A stretch of 64,000 bases of DNA from Calditrichia bacterium (GCA_963796965.1 CAWCNS010000005.1:352001-416000); one strand, 5' to 3'. Numbered from the stretch's first letter, positions 10,037 through 21,271 are shown. A program made the numbers and translations. Notes: generated by a model not told the origin, from the letters alone.

Positions 10037-12511
10037 TTATTTGATTAGTATCATCTTCTTCACATCCTGAAATTCGCCTGCTTCGATCCTATAGAGGTAT
10101 ACTCCAGATGCAAGATTACTTCCATCAAACTGATACGAATGGTTACCTGCTTGTAGTTTATTATTTACCAATGATGCAATCTCTTCTCCAAGTATGTTGT
10201 AGATTTTGAGTGAGACGAATTCGGATTTGGGTAGAGCGAAGTTAATAGATGTTGATGGATTGAAGGGGTTGGGGTAGTTTTGTGATAATGAATAAGATTT
10301 TGGAATGTTCTGATCGATTTGTTTGAGATTAGTTGGTATATCCGTTGAGTCAGTCCAAAAAAGATCGCCATTGCTAAAAATGTTTACACTTAAGTTAATT
10401 GAACCTAAATTATTATCAGCACACTTTGGATCGATATTTAGACTATAGATCCCACTACACTCCCGACTGGAACCAGGGGTTAAATTCCCAAAAGAATCTA
10501 TGCTATCGGGGATATCTGTTACACAGCTGTCATCTGAAAAAACCTTTGCAATAACATTGAAGGCTGTTGCACTTGTATCTAAGTTTTCTAAAGTAATTTT
10601 TATTACCATCAGATTTTGTTCGAACAAACCTATCCTGTAATCTTTAAGTACTACGGGCCCAATTCGCGTAAATTTCTGTACATTTGAAATGGTTCGCTCA
10701 GTACGGTCAATCATATCACGGGTTTTTACATTCACGTGGTAAGATTTTTTTTCATCGGGGACCTGCCAATAACCAGTCCATGTACAATCAATCACGGATG
10801 GAGTATTAGATAGCTGAATCGAATCCACTAAAATATCATTTTGATTAAGATATGCCATAACTTTTAGTTCATGACTATTTGGATTTTCAACTATTGCACT
10901 TACACATACAGAGTCCTCATTGTTAGCAATAAATGTATTATTTACAGAAACATCATGAGCATAAGCCAGATTTTGAATCCATTCAACTGCTCTTTTAACT
11001 ACAGTATCCTCCCCCTTTGCCACATCTGCCTGGGTAAGCCAGATTTCTTCATCAACGTCGAAACTATTATGCATGAAAAATTTCTCAGGATTATCAGACG
11101 AAAAGACGTTCCTTGCAGCATACCCGGAGAGCCACCCCGGAAACGGAATACTTAGGTTATGAAAGGTAACCTCGAAGCATGTAAAACCAGAATTTGTAGA
11201 TTTACCGAAAAATCTGGACATTGGATGATATTTGAGCCGCAGAGAATTATAGTCTGCTGCACTAACTGTCAAGGGTCCGGTTAATACCGCAATCGGTTTG
11301 TCAAATAAATATGCATCTGCCTCAAATCTCCAGTTTTCACCTGAGCAATACCCACTTGGGATAGATTTCATGGCAAAATGGTCATCCGGATTTGAGCGTT
11401 CAGCAAATTCAAGAACGCTTAGATCAAAATTAAAAAGACGACTAAACCCTTCGTTAGCGGTTCCCATCTGTCCTCCTGGATTAGTCCTGAAATCAAGGAT
11501 TAAACCACGTATCTGATTGTTCGCAATTATCGAATTTATGGCTTTTAAAAAAGCAATATCATCACCCCCACTGTACCTCCATCGGGAGACATAGATATAT
11601 CCAATCTGTGAACCATCGACCATTCCCCAACTCACCATATTATTTTCGTCCCAATTGGATAAATCAACCATTGGAACGCCGGGAACAGGCAACTGTTCGG
11701 AACAAAAGAGATGCATCTCCTGATCAATTAAAGTGCTGGTTGGTAAGTGTAAGGTATCATTTGAACCAACTTTAAGGATATCAATCATATCAAATAAATG
11801 CCAATTCAATCCGGCACTCATTAGCCATATATGAGAAACTGCCCGTTCCGAAGATCCGACACCAGTATTTTCACCTGGATGAGTTATAGGGAGTTCTGCG
11901 GCCAACAGATCCTGATAAAGATATTTCCAGGGAATGCCATCATATCCAAGTATAATATCGCCATTTTCCAGACCGAGGGGATGATTCTCTACAACTTTGT
12001 AAACAAGTGCCGAACTATCTGGCAGAGGGGTTAAACCGGCACCAAAATGTCCATTGTCAAACCCATTATAAGCACTGTGATAGGCTAACAGGGGAATGCC
12101 GGGTTTTAAACTATCTCCGCGAACTTCCGAATCATAAATATGGGTGTGAAATTCCATTAGCGCCATAACTAATCGGTCCATAATCCCCGAAAACCGCCCT
12201 CGGCTAACTCCAGCTTCAATCTCTGGGCGGTATACGATTCTTAAAGAATCCCAATTGACATCCAGATTGTGAAAACCTGCATAGTCTTCATCAATTGTCT
12301 CCCAGAAAAGATCAAAGATTTTTAATTTATCCGCTGTTGGCAAACCTTCTCCCCAGGTAGTATCAATCGCCGTTGCCCAGTCTTCTGCTGTAAAATGTCC
12401 AATTCTTTTTGATATCTCCTTATAACTCTCCTGTGTTGATTGTCCAAACAAATTAACTGGCACAACAAAAAAAGAGAAAATAATCACTAAGATTAATAGA
12501 TGAGTTCTCAT
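10037..12511 (-). CDS. Secreted S41-family peptidase with C-terminal T9SS-type/FlgD-Ig sorting domain
   Basis: Signal peptide, LILDFRTNPGG, VLTGPLTVSAAD, and C-terminal LSQNYPNPFNPST...LASGVYLYRI...KKMILIK. Confidence 0.85.
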   Translation of the reverse strand: MRTHLLILVIIFSFFVVPVNLFGQSTQESYKEISKRIGHFTAEDWATAIDTTWGEGLPTADKLKIFDLFWETIDEDYAGFHNLDVNWDSLRIVYRPEIEAGVSRGRFSGIMDRLVMALMEFHTHIYDSEVRGDSLKPGIPLLAYHSAYNGFDNGHFGAGLTPLPDSSALVYKVVENHPLGLENGDIILGYDGIPWKYLYQDLLAAELPITHPGENTGVGSSERAVSHIWLMSAGLNWHLFDMIDILKVGSNDTLHLPTSTLIDQEMHLFCSEQLPVPGVPMVDLSNWDENNMVSWGMVDGSQIGYIYVSRWRYSGGDDIAFLKAINSIIANNQIRGLILDFRTNPGGQMGTANEGFSRLFNFDLSVLEFAERSNPDDHFAMKSIPSGYCSGENWRFEADAYLFDKPIAVLTGPLTVSAADYNSLRLKYHPMSRFFGKSTNSGFTCFEVTFHNLSIPFPGWLSGYAARNVFSSDNPEKFFMHNSFDVDEEIWLTQADVAKGEDTVVKRAVEWIQNLAYAHDVSVNNTFIANNEDSVCVSAIVENPNSHELKVMAYLNQNDILVDSIQLSNTPSVIDCTWTGYWQVPDEKKSYHVNVKTRDMIDRTERTISNVQKFTRIGPVVLKDYRIGLFEQNLMVIKITLENLDTSATAFNVIAKVFSDDSCVTDIPDSIDSFGNLTPGSSRECSGIYSLNIDPKCADNNLGSINLSVNIFSNGDLFWTDSTDIPTNLKQIDQNIPKSYSLSQNYPNPFNPSTSINFALPKSEFVSLKIYNILGEEIASLVNNKLQAGNHSYQFDGSNLASGVYLYRIEAGEFQDVKKMILIK

Positions 12512-12707
12512 GGCTCTATTCCCTCATAATAGTATGAAATGATGACTAATAAAATATTGCTACATAAAATTGGTAGGATAAATCTGTCTATCGTTTTGTG
12601 AATGAGGTCAATAGTTAGATTGAGTACGAATAGGAGATTTGAGGTTCAGAGATAATATACGAATTTATTGTGGGAGTGCAATAATGGGAATTATATTATA
12701 ATTGTAG

Positions 12708-12920
12708 AACCTCTACATCATATTCTTCTTTATAACTCAGTATCTCGTCGGTACCCGAACTTGCATATCTAATACCCCCTAAACCGACTCTAATACCATA
12801 GAAAGATGCCCTTTAATCGAACTGGACGGGCGATAGAGCCATCCTTGGCTCTTGGTAGGGGGTATTTAAAGTGTATGAAGTAGGGAGGGCAGAGTACGTG
12901 TTATAGAGGGATGGGGGCGA
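12708..12920 (+). ncRNA. Candidate structured non-coding element (long imperfect rod with apical hairpins)
   Basis: Perfect 11-bp stem 12771-12781/12856-12866, inner hairpin agagcca/tggctct, outer pairings tataac/gttata and acttgcata/tatgaagt, TATAAT at 12697-12702. Confidence 0.4.
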
Positions 12921-12970
12921 ATCCTAAATACGTATTTAGTATTTCATTGTGTTTATCTAATACAATATAT

Positions 12971-13007
12971 AAAAAACCCCCTCCAGAAAACTGCTCCGAA
13001 GGGGGTG
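12971..13007 (-). terminator. Rho-independent terminator downstream of SDR gene
   Basis: Minus strand reads acccccttc...gagggggt followed by a T run. Confidence 0.7.
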
Positions 13008-13050
13008 TAGGATATTAATTATCAATTGTCTCAATTAAAAATGTTAGAAC

Positions 13051-13112
13051 TAAAATGCCAAATCAATGCCCAATTCCCAATCACAAATCCGGCATCCCAT
13101 ATCGCAGATCAC
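13051..13112. repeat. Degenerate 7-bp array
   Basis: taaaatgccaaatcaatgcccaattcccaatcacaaatccggcatcccatatcgcagatcac. Confidence 0.55.
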
Positions 13113-13125
13113 TGTCATGCTGATA

Positions 13126-13896
13126 TTAATCCATCAACATACCGCCATTAACCTCAAGCGTCTCGCCCATGATATAACCGGCATAGTCGGAAGCAAGAAA
13201 TAAAATGGGGTAGGCAATCTCTTCCGGTGTTCCTTCCCGCGCCATGGGTATTGCTTTTTTAAAAGATTCTCTCAACTCTCTGGAGCTGAATTTATCATGA
13301 AAAGGTGTTGTGATTACCCCGGGTGCGACATTATTTACTATGATTCCGTATTTAATAAATTCTTTTGCCATCCCTTTAGTTAAGGTAATAACAGCCCCTT
13401 TTGTACAGCTATAATGACTGGCACCAACACCGCCCCCATTTCGACCGGCAATCGAGGAAATATTGATAATATGTCCCCGACCCTGTTTTTTCATATAGGG
13501 TAGGACCTCTTGTGAACAGAGATAGACACTTTTTATATTAAGGTCCATACATTGGTCCCAGAGTTCTTCGGTCATTTCTTCTAAAGGGCGTCGATCGAGC
13601 AGACTTCCAGCATTATTGACAAGAATATCGATAGTATCTCCAAAAGCAGCGGTTGTTTTTGAGATAAGATTTTTAACTTCTTCAGATTTAGTGACATCCG
13701 CCTTAACAGCTATTGCTTGTCCCCCGAGTGATTCAATCTCCTTTACAACCTTCTTGGCTGCTTCTTCACTCGAATTATAATTAACGACCACTTTGGCTCC
13801 TGCCCTGCCGAATTCTCTGGCTGTAGCAGCCCCGATACCAAGGCTTCCGCCGGTCACAATTACAACTTTGTTATCAAATCTGATTTCCATACCCAC
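13126..13896 (-). CDS. Short-chain dehydrogenase/reductase (sugar-acid reductase candidate)
   Basis: TGGSLGIG, NNAG and YSCTK catalytic motifs. Confidence 0.9.
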   Translation of the reverse strand: MGMEIRFDNKVVIVTGGSLGIGAATAREFGRAGAKVVVNYNSSEEAAKKVVKEIESLGGQAIAVKADVTKSEEVKNLISKTTAAFGDTIDILVNNAGSLLDRRPLEEMTEELWDQCMDLNIKSVYLCSQEVLPYMKKQGRGHIINISSIAGRNGGGVGASHYSCTKGAVITLTKGMAKEFIKYGIIVNNVAPGVITTPFHDKFSSRELRESFKKAIPMAREGTPEEIAYPILFLASDYAGYIMGETLEVNGGMLMD

Positions 13897-13973
13897 CTCT
13901 TAGATACAATTAATTATAAATTTTTAATGATAAATTATAAGTGTCCGGTTAAAATATAACTACCTGAATTATT

Positions 13974-14120
13974 CACCACAGAGCACACGGAGAGTATTTA
14001 AAATAATTAAAATTATGTATTTACAAATTTTGTAAAATAAAATTTTTAAATTATAATTACCAGGCTGTTTTTTTATAATTACAATAAAGACAAATAATTA
14101 TCTCTGTGGCCTCTGTGGTT
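13974..14120. repeat. Periodic inverted-arm element (CACAGAG type)
   Basis: caccacagagcacacggaga versus tctctgtggcctctgtggtt around an AT-rich core. Confidence 0.8.
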
Positions 14121-14165
14121 TATGAATAGACTAGGCTAAATATTTATACCTTTATACCCTATTCC

Positions 14166-15420
14166 CTAATTTTTCAAACGGTAAAGGATCTCCCCGGCCT
14201 TGGGCACATAGAGGTATCCATCATCTTCTCTGTTCTGCCAGTCCTTAGGATCAATCGTCGCTGGATCACGATAACCAAGATTAACCTTTTTACAGACATC
14301 TTCCGGTATACCCGTAGCGAGAATAACATTTACCCGCGGTTTCTCCACACCATTTTCAAAAGAACCAACCCCTTTTACATGCGTTGCATGGGCCATGATA
14401 CCGCCAGGAATATCTTTAAACTTATCCATTTGCTTGGTAAAATAATCCCGAACATGGTAACCTATCTTCTCAATGATATCACCATGGGTAATGGAAACCT
14501 CGGAGATATGGGGGGCATATATTATCAACTCTCCCCCATCAGCCACGACCTGTTCCATTTTATACATACATTTCCCACCAGTCCAGATGTCATCATACAT
14601 CTCCGGAGCACGGGATAGAATCGATTTATATGGTTTATCTTTATAAACAATATGAACTGAATCAGAAAGATCGGCTGCACGACTCCAGGCTTCTTCTGCA
14701 TTACCAATATAAAGACCAGCCAGATCGTTCCCCTTTACAACCAAACTTAAGCAGAGACGTTGCACAGGCAGAAAACTGGCAGATTTGTCAACAACTTTCC
14801 GGACAGGCGTATATTTATTACCAATAATCATCGGATTGGTAATTAAGGCGCCCATCCAGTGAAAAAGATCAATTATTTCCTGACCGGCAATGCCCGGGAA
14901 AAGATATTTATTACCGCCAGAAAATCCGACTACCTCGTGAGGAAATGTTGGCCCTATGATCATTAAGATATCATAATCATAAACCATTTTGTTAATCGTA
15001 ACATCTACTTGCTGACGCATTAATCCCTCGGATATCTCAGCAATTTCATCTTCTGTTATTGTTCCAGCCAGACGTAAGTGTTCTGGATCTTTCCAATGGT
15101 GATTAAAAAATCTGGCCTTTGCAAATTTTTGCTTGTGCTCATCCGAGGTAATACCCACACGATGATAAATCGCCTCCATCGGCATAGGGGGATGTGTTCC
15201 GAGGGCAACAAGAAAATCAAGTGAAGTCTACTGTATCGGAGAGTAAGTCATAAACTGTCCTGAACATCAAATCGATTGGGGCAGTTCTGGAATGATCGGG
15301 AATAATGGCTAAAATCCTTTTACCTGCAAGATTTTCCTTCTCAAAAGCCTCCTGGCAAATTTGCCTGACTTCAGAATCAGAAAGTAATGTTTCCGCATTT
15401 CCTTTTCCAGTTACCATCAT
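14166..15420 (-). CDS. LarA-family nickel-pincer 2-hydroxyacid racemase/epimerase (GntE-like candidate), frameshifted near 15220
   Basis: IIPDHSR, restored DFLVALGTHPPM, and PHEVVGFSGGNK motifs. Confidence 0.85.
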
Positions 15421-15473
15421 TAATTCCTTTAATTAACACAATTTTAAAATGAACATCCATCTTAAAGTCATAT

Positions 15474-15643
15474 TAGCCACAGATTAAAAGAAATGGTTTA
15501 AAATTAAGATTAATTACTGAGACAAATTATAGGTTTGTCATTCCGAATTTATTTCGGAATCTAATTAATGTATAAAGATGCTGAAACAAGTTCAGCATGA
15601 CATTGTCTAAGATTTAAATCAGATTCATATTAATCTGTGGCAA
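15474..15643. repeat. Outer GCCACAGATTAA inverted repeat enclosing two GTCAT..ATCT palindromes
   Basis: gccacagattaa / ttaatctgtggc. Inner gtcattccgaatttatttcggaatct (15537-15562) and agatgctgaaacaagttcagcatgac (15576-15601). Confidence 0.85.
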
Positions 15644-15695
15644 ATAATTTTTCGTAAATACTCCAACAAAGTCAAACTCACATATATATTAATCA

Positions 15696-17150
15696 TCACA
15701 CATTATAAGTCGAAGACGCGGTTGTACCACCACGGCCTGTCCAATTTGTATGAAAGAATTCACCACGCGGTTTGTCAACACGTTCATAGGTATGTGCACC
15801 AAAGTAATCACGCTGCGCCTGGAGTAAATTTGCAGGCAGAACGCCGCTCCTATAGCCATCATAATAGGCCAAAGCACTGCTAAATGCTGGTACAGGAAGA
15901 CCATTTAAAACCGCCGCGGAAACAACTTCGCGCCATGCTGACTGATTTTTCTCAATCACATCTTTAAAATAATCATCCAACAGTAAATTCTGCAATTTAG
16001 GATTTTGATCAAAAGCATCTTTAATATTTCCTAAGAACTGAGCACGAATGATACAACCACCACGCCACATCAGGGCAATGTCACCATAATTTAGCTGCCA
16101 GTTATATTCCTCCGCGGCGGCACGCATGAGCTGAAAACCTTGTGCATAGGAGCATATTTTTGATGCATAAAGGGCTTTTCTGATCTTTTCAATAAATTCT
16201 TTCTTGTCACCGGAGAAACTTGGTATCGGACCACTTAAATCTTTTGATGCGGATACACGTTCCTCTTTAATTGCGCTCATAGCACGGGCAAAGACGGCCT
16301 CTGCGACAGTTGGTGCAGGAACGCCACAATCCAAAGCGGCCTGACTGGTCCATTTCCCAGTACCTTTTTGTCCAGCCGTGTCGAGGATCATATCAACCAT
16401 TGGTTTTCCTGTTTCATCATCTTTTTTACCCATTATGTCACGTGTAATTTCGATGAGATAACTATCTAATTCACCTTCATTCCATTTAGTAAAAACAGGT
16501 TCCATCTCCTCTGTACTCATTCGAAGAACATGCTTCATAATCCAATAAGCTTCGCAGATCATTTGCATATCACCATACTCGATACCATTATGGACCATTT
16601 TTACAAAATGACCGGCACCATCATTGCCAATCCATTCACAACAGGGCGAGCCGTCAGCAACCTTTGCGGAAATCGCCTGAAAAATAGGTTTAACATGAGA
16701 CCAGGCTGCTTCCGATCCACCTGGCATAATTGATGGTCCAAGCAATGCGCCTTCTTCCCCGCCCGAAACACCGGTTCCGATAAAAAGAAGTCCCTTATCC
16801 TCAACATATTTCGTACGTCTGATTGAATCGGGGAAATGACTGTTGCCTCCATCGATAATGATATCTCCTTCTTCCAGGTGTGGGGCAATCATATCAATAA
16901 ACTCATCAACAGGTTTGCCCGCTTTAACCAGCATCATTACTTTACGAGGTCTTTTTAGACTTTTAACCAACTCTTCAATACTGTAGCAACCTTTTATATT
17001 TTTACCTTTTGCCCGACCACCGACAAAAGCATCTACTTTACTGGTGGTGCGGTTAAATACCGCAACAGAAAATCCATGATCTTCCATATTTAGAACAAGG
17101 TTCTCACCCATTACTGCTAATCCAATTAAACCAATATCATAATCACTCAT
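15696..17150 (-). CDS. gnd: 6-phosphogluconate dehydrogenase (NADP, decarboxylating)
   Basis: [26 protein letters not shown] and [10 protein letters not shown] motifs. Confidence 0.97.
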   Translation of the reverse strand: MSDYDIGLIGLAVMGENLVLNMEDHGFSVAVFNRTTSKVDAFVGGRAKGKNIKGCYSIEELVKSLKRPRKVMMLVKAGKPVDEFIDMIAPHLEEGDIIIDGGNSHFPDSIRRTKYVEDKGLLFIGTGVSGGEEGALLGPSIMPGGSEAAWSHVKPIFQAISAKVADGSPCCEWIGNDGAGHFVKMVHNGIEYGDMQMICEAYWIMKHVLRMSTEEMEPVFTKWNEGELDSYLIEITRDIMGKKDDETGKPMVDMILDTAGQKGTGKWTSQAALDCGVPAPTVAEAVFARAMSAIKEERVSASKDLSGPIPSFSGDKKEFIEKIRKALYASKICSYAQGFQLMRAAAEEYNWQLNYGDIALMWRGGCIIRAQFLGNIKDAFDQNPKLQNLLLDDYFKDVIEKNQSAWREVVSAAVLNGLPVPAFSSALAYYDGYRSGVLPANLLQAQRDYFGAHTYERVDKPRGEFFHTNWTGRGGTTASSTYNV

Positions 17151-17197
17151 CTTTTTCTCCTAAAATGTATTTTACAATCCGTTATCATGATTTCTAT

Positions 17198-17388
17198 TCA
17201 CGCAGCGCCGCAACGACGCAGCGAAAATAAATAATTAAATTTATTAGCACATTATTTTTAAAATTCTTTAATTCAAGATGTCTTTTAAAATCTGACTAAA
17301 CTTGCCAAAGTATTTTATAGTTAATTTTATCCCTGTTTTCGGATAATAATTCCTAATTATTTCGTTGCGGCGCTGCGGCGCTGCGTGA
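17198..17388. repeat. Periodic inverted-arm element (CGCAGCG type)
   Basis: tcacgcagcgccgcaacgacgcagcgaaa versus tttcgttgcggcgctgcggcgctgcgtga. Confidence 0.9.
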
Positions 17389-17394
17389 GAATTT

Positions 17395-18228
17395 TCAAAC
17401 ACCACTGAAGGCGGCGAAGCCGCCATCAACTGGTATTACGGCACCTGTAACAAATGCCGAAGCCGGTGATAAAAGCCATAGAACCGTCCCCAGGAGGTCT
17501 CCAGGATCACCAAATCGATCCATGGGTGTATGCTCAATAATCTTTTTGCCTCTGGGTGTTAAATCACCTGTTTTTTCATCCGTAAGTAGAAACTTATTTT
17601 GTAATGTTAGAAAAAATCCGGGAGCCACGGCATTGACACGAATTTTTGGTGAATATTCCTGAGCCATATGGACAGCCAGCCATTGAGTAAAATTACTCAC
17701 CGCCGCTTTTGCTGCAGAATACGCACCAACTTTTGTAAGAGGCGTAAACGCACTCATTGAAGAGACATTAAGGATGATTCCCTCTTTCTGTTCAGCAAAA
17801 TGTTTTCCAAATACCTGGCTGGGCATCACGGTTCCAATCAGGTTTAAATCTGAAACCTTTTTAAAAGCTTCCAGATCCAAATCAAAAAAGGATTGTGAAT
17901 CAGAAGTGGTCGCTCCGGGATGATTTCCTCCGGCACCATTGATTAAGGCATCAACTTTCCCAAAGGTCTCATAGACTTTTTCCGCGGCCTTCTCCATTAC
18001 CTCTTTATCAAGAACATCTCCATAAATCATAACAAAATTGCCGACAGAGGTGTCAATTCTTTTCATGATCGAATCGTCCAATTTTACTTCACGATCAATC
18101 ACAGCTACATTAGCGCCACATCCAACCAAGGCACAAGCCATTTCCGCGCCCAATATCCCTGCGCCACCGGTTATTACGACTGTTTTATTACTAAAATTAT
18201 ACATATTTGTTATTTGTGCAAGATCCAT
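17395..18228 (-). CDS. uxuB: SDR-type D-mannonate oxidoreductase (fructuronate reductase, UxuB-like)
   Basis: LINGAGGNHPGATT, PLTKVGAYSAAKAAVSNFTQWLAVH and APGFFLT motifs, adjacent to uxaE. Confidence 0.8.
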   Translation of the reverse strand: MDLAQITNMYNFSNKTVVITGGAGILGAEMACALVGCGANVAVIDREVKLDDSIMKRIDTSVGNFVMIYGDVLDKEVMEKAAEKVYETFGKVDALINGAGGNHPGATTSDSQSFFDLDLEAFKKVSDLNLIGTVMPSQVFGKHFAEQKEGIILNVSSMSAFTPLTKVGAYSAAKAAVSNFTQWLAVHMAQEYSPKIRVNAVAPGFFLTLQNKFLLTDEKTGDLTPRGKKIIEHTPMDRFGDPGDLLGTVLWLLSPASAFVTGAVIPVDGGFAAFSGV

Positions 18229-18300
18229 TATCTCTCCAAAATATTCATTTAATCGCTCAGCATAGATTATAAAAGTTGTTATACTTCAATTATAGTCTCA

Positions 18301-18451
18301 AAAAATCCTAATATTCAATCTCTAATTTCCAAACAAATTCCAACTTCAAAAACCCATTAATTAAATATGACCCTGTCTTCGCCCGTATTTTATGGTCTAT
18401 CCTGATCATTGTTCTATCTTATCCAGTGTCGAGTATTTAGTATCGTGTATC
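18301..18451. repeat. Degenerate 7-bp arrays
   Basis: aaatcctaatattcaatctctaatttccaaacaaattccaacttcaaaaaccc and atccagtgtcgagtatttagtatcgtgtatc. Confidence 0.55.
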
Positions 18452-19705
18452 TTACAGAAACAGAGGTTTCATATGTCGCTCATATATATTTTCTGTTACT
18501 TCTCTGGCGATCGTCTCCTCATATTTTTCCAGGGCATTTAAAAACACCTCATTCATCTCAGCGGCAATCTTATATCCTACATGCAGCAATTGCCTTAAAT
18601 CAGGATTGTATTCCGGACAAGATTGATCATGACGCAATGCTTTTGCAAAATCATCACCACTCCAATTATTAACCGTTTCCACGGAGGGCAGATTTGATTT
18701 ATTGATATCGATTACCGTGGCATAGGGCTTACAAAGCTCATCATAACGTTCCAAGGCCCGACGGTAGACATCCCGGGCAATTTTAATACCATCCCCTTCT
18801 GCCAAAGCTAATCCAATAATTTCTTCTAACCAGGTTGTCCCGGCCGTTTTAATATGCAAACCAGCACCTGTTTCGGTCATGGCGTTTTTGATAATCGGAT
18901 ATAGTGAGAACTTATCACTTCCGCTATGGACACTTAACTTCAAATCCGGGCTGAAGTTGAATTCTGATATAGCATATTTGAGCACAGCGAGGTCTTGTAC
19001 AAACTCTTTTTTGAATAGTTCAAGGTCACCTACATAATCAACACCTTTATTGAAGCGACCGCTAAATTTTGGCGCTAGGGTATTGACCGGAACACCTTCG
19101 GCTTTTAATGCTGAGAGAATAAAAAAGATTTCAAGAGGGGTTTGGGATTGATCTGTTTCATCCATTGAAACTTCAACAACAAAATACTTCTCCCCTTTAA
19201 ATTCGGAAATTTTCCTGTAAATTCTTCCTGCTTCTTTGATTGCTTTTAGATATTTCCCACCGATCTCTCTCAGTCGCTGCTCATCAACAATAAACGTCTC
19301 TTCAATACCTGGTATCTTTAATTGGCCTTTATATTTCTCGTTAACCTCAATAAATACAGAAAGTTCCGCAGGCTCTGACGGAAGACCAATAAAGTCAGCC
19401 ACATCAAGCGTAAAAAAATCACTGCTATCCATAAAATAATCTACAGAGTCAAGATTGACATGATCGGCATCGACAAAATAGCCACTTGACCATGCCAGAG
19501 ATTGAGCCGCTTTGTCAGCTTCGCTTCTTGTCTGTTTGGGTTCACTTTTAATAATTGAATGTTCACGGAAAGATTTATTCCAAACCGGTGTAATATCAAC
19601 ACCCATTTCTTTCGCCTTCTGAAAGGCATTTAACTGTGCCTTTGCCTGATGAGCAAATCGGTCACCAACTCCAAACGAAAATTTCCCAAATTCTTTTTTA
19701 TCCAT
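18452..19705 (-). CDS. uxaE: Tagaturonate/fructuronate epimerase
   Basis: SFGVGDRF, FVDADH, EVSMDET, KGVDY, KLSVHSGSDKF and HIKTAGTTWLE motifs. Confidence 0.93.
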   Translation of the reverse strand: MDKKEFGKFSFGVGDRFAHQAKAQLNAFQKAKEMGVDITPVWNKSFREHSIIKSEPKQTRSEADKAAQSLAWSSGYFVDADHVNLDSVDYFMDSSDFFTLDVADFIGLPSEPAELSVFIEVNEKYKGQLKIPGIEETFIVDEQRLREIGGKYLKAIKEAGRIYRKISEFKGEKYFVVEVSMDETDQSQTPLEIFFILSALKAEGVPVNTLAPKFSGRFNKGVDYVGDLELFKKEFVQDLAVLKYAISEFNFSPDLKLSVHSGSDKFSLYPIIKNAMTETGAGLHIKTAGTTWLEEIIGLALAEGDGIKIARDVYRRALERYDELCKPYATVIDINKSNLPSVETVNNWSGDDFAKALRHDQSCPEYNPDLRQLLHVGYKIAAEMNEVFLNALEKYEETIAREVTENIYERHMKPLFL

Positions 19706-19723
19706 ATTTATATTATCTCCTAT

Positions 19724-19959
19724 TAATATTTCTCGCAGAGCCGCAAAGCCGCAAAGTTATTTAATCAAATTCCACTCAGGACGCATACTTTTTCTAACAT
19801 TTTCTTAAATATTATCATTATATCTGTAAATCCTTATATAGATTCCTTGAATTAAGTTCAATAAACATATATAATTTATCATTTTTTCTTGTTGCGTTAT
19901 TTACACTGCGGCTTTGCGTCTCTGCGAAGAAATATTATATTACAATTAAATCAGGTAGT
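19724..19959. repeat. Periodic inverted-arm element (CGCAAAG/CGCAGAG type)
   Basis: taatatttctcgcagagccgcaaagccgcaaag versus ctgcggctttgcgtctctgcgaagaaatatta. Confidence 0.85.
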
Positions 19960-19960
19960 A

Positions 19961-21256
19961 TCAATATCCAAAAACCCTCGGTAAAAAGAGACTAATTTCT
20001 GGAATATAGGTAACCAGCATCAAAGCCAGAATCATTGCTATATAAAGTGGTAATAATGGCTTGATCATACCTGTAATAGATGTGCCAGCAATACTGCACC
20101 CCACAAACAGGACACTCCCAACAGGAGGTGTACATAATCCGATACAAAGATTAAGCACCATCATTATCCCAAAGTGAATAGGATCGATTCCTAATTGCAC
20201 GGCTACCGGTAAAAATATCGGTGTAAATATTAACACAGCCGGTGTCATATCCATAAATGTACCGACAACCAGCAGCATCAGATTGATCATCAATAAGATA
20301 ATTATCTTACTTTCTGTCATCGCAATTAAAGTAGCACTTATAGTCTGTGGAATATTTTCATAGGACAATATCCAGGACATCGCCTTTGAAGTACCAATCA
20401 GCAGCATAACAATGGCAGTAGTTTCAACACATTTCAATAGGATTTTAGGCAATTCCTTTATTTTTACCTCACGATAGATAAACACCGAAAGAATCAAAGA
20501 ATAAATTACTGCTACAGCGCTGGCTTCAGTTGCTGTGAAAATTCCGGCAATGATCCCGCCAATTACGATAATCACCAACAGAAGGCTTGGAACCGCATCA
20601 AGAAATTTCTTGACAGATTGAATAAAATTAACTTTTTCCCCTACCGGATATTTTTTCATTACCGAGATAACCGCAGCCACACCGATCAATCCAAGACCAA
20701 CAAGAATACCAGGTAGATATCCAGCGATAAATAGTGCTGCAATCGATACCCCTCCGCTGGCTAAGGAGTAGACGATTAAAACGTTGCTGGGTGGAATTAA
20801 AAGACCGGTTGTCGAACCAGTTACAGTGATTGCTGCATTAAAATCATTATCATAACCCTCTTTCTTCATAACCGGAATCATAAAACCACCAATAGCAGAT
20901 GTTGCTGCTACGGCAGATCCGGAAATAGAACCAAAAAACATACAAGCCAGAATATTTACATAGGCAAGTCCACCAGGGAACATACCCACCAACACTTTGG
21001 CAAAATCAATCAATCGCCTGGCTATACCACCCTGCCCCATCAATAACCCGGAAAGAATGAAAAACGGAATTGCCAATAAGGCAAAACTGTTAATTCCTGT
21101 GGCCATTTGTTGGGCAACAGTTGTAATGGCCGGGCCAGAATCGATAGTGAATAGCATCGTAAGAACAGTGGCAATCCCAATACTAATGGCGATAGGGACA
21201 CTTAATGTCAAAAGTAAAACAAAACTCACGACCAGAATTAAAACAGATAACTCCAT
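19961..21256 (-). CDS. dctM: TRAP transporter large permease
   Basis: LLAIPFFIL, SGSAVA, LIPPS and TPPVG motifs. Confidence 0.95.
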   Translation of the reverse strand: MELSVLILVVSFVLLLTLSVPIAISIGIATVLTMLFTIDSGPAITTVAQQMATGINSFALLAIPFFILSGLLMGQGGIARRLIDFAKVLVGMFPGGLAYVNILACMFFGSISGSAVAATSAIGGFMIPVMKKEGYDNDFNAAITVTGSTTGLLIPPSNVLIVYSLASGGVSIAALFIAGYLPGILVGLGLIGVAAVISVMKKYPVGEKVNFIQSVKKFLDAVPSLLLVIIVIGGIIAGIFTATEASAVAVIYSLILSVFIYREVKIKELPKILLKCVETTAIVMLLIGTSKAMSWILSYENIPQTISATLIAMTESKIIILLMINLMLLVVGTFMDMTPAVLIFTPIFLPVAVQLGIDPIHFGIMMVLNLCIGLCTPPVGSVLFVGCSIAGTSITGMIKPLLPLYIAMILALMLVTYIPEISLFLPRVFGY

Positions 21257-21271
21257 CAGGACCTCTCCCTG

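Noticed and set aside
13940..13953. gtgtccggttaa as a LacI operator
   Set aside because: It matches the outer repeat-boundary motif at 47509 better and abuts a periodic element, so it is ambiguous.
15186..15240. Programmed ribosomal frameshifting at split genes
   Set aside because: No consistent slippery heptamer or downstream structure, and many unrelated families are affected.
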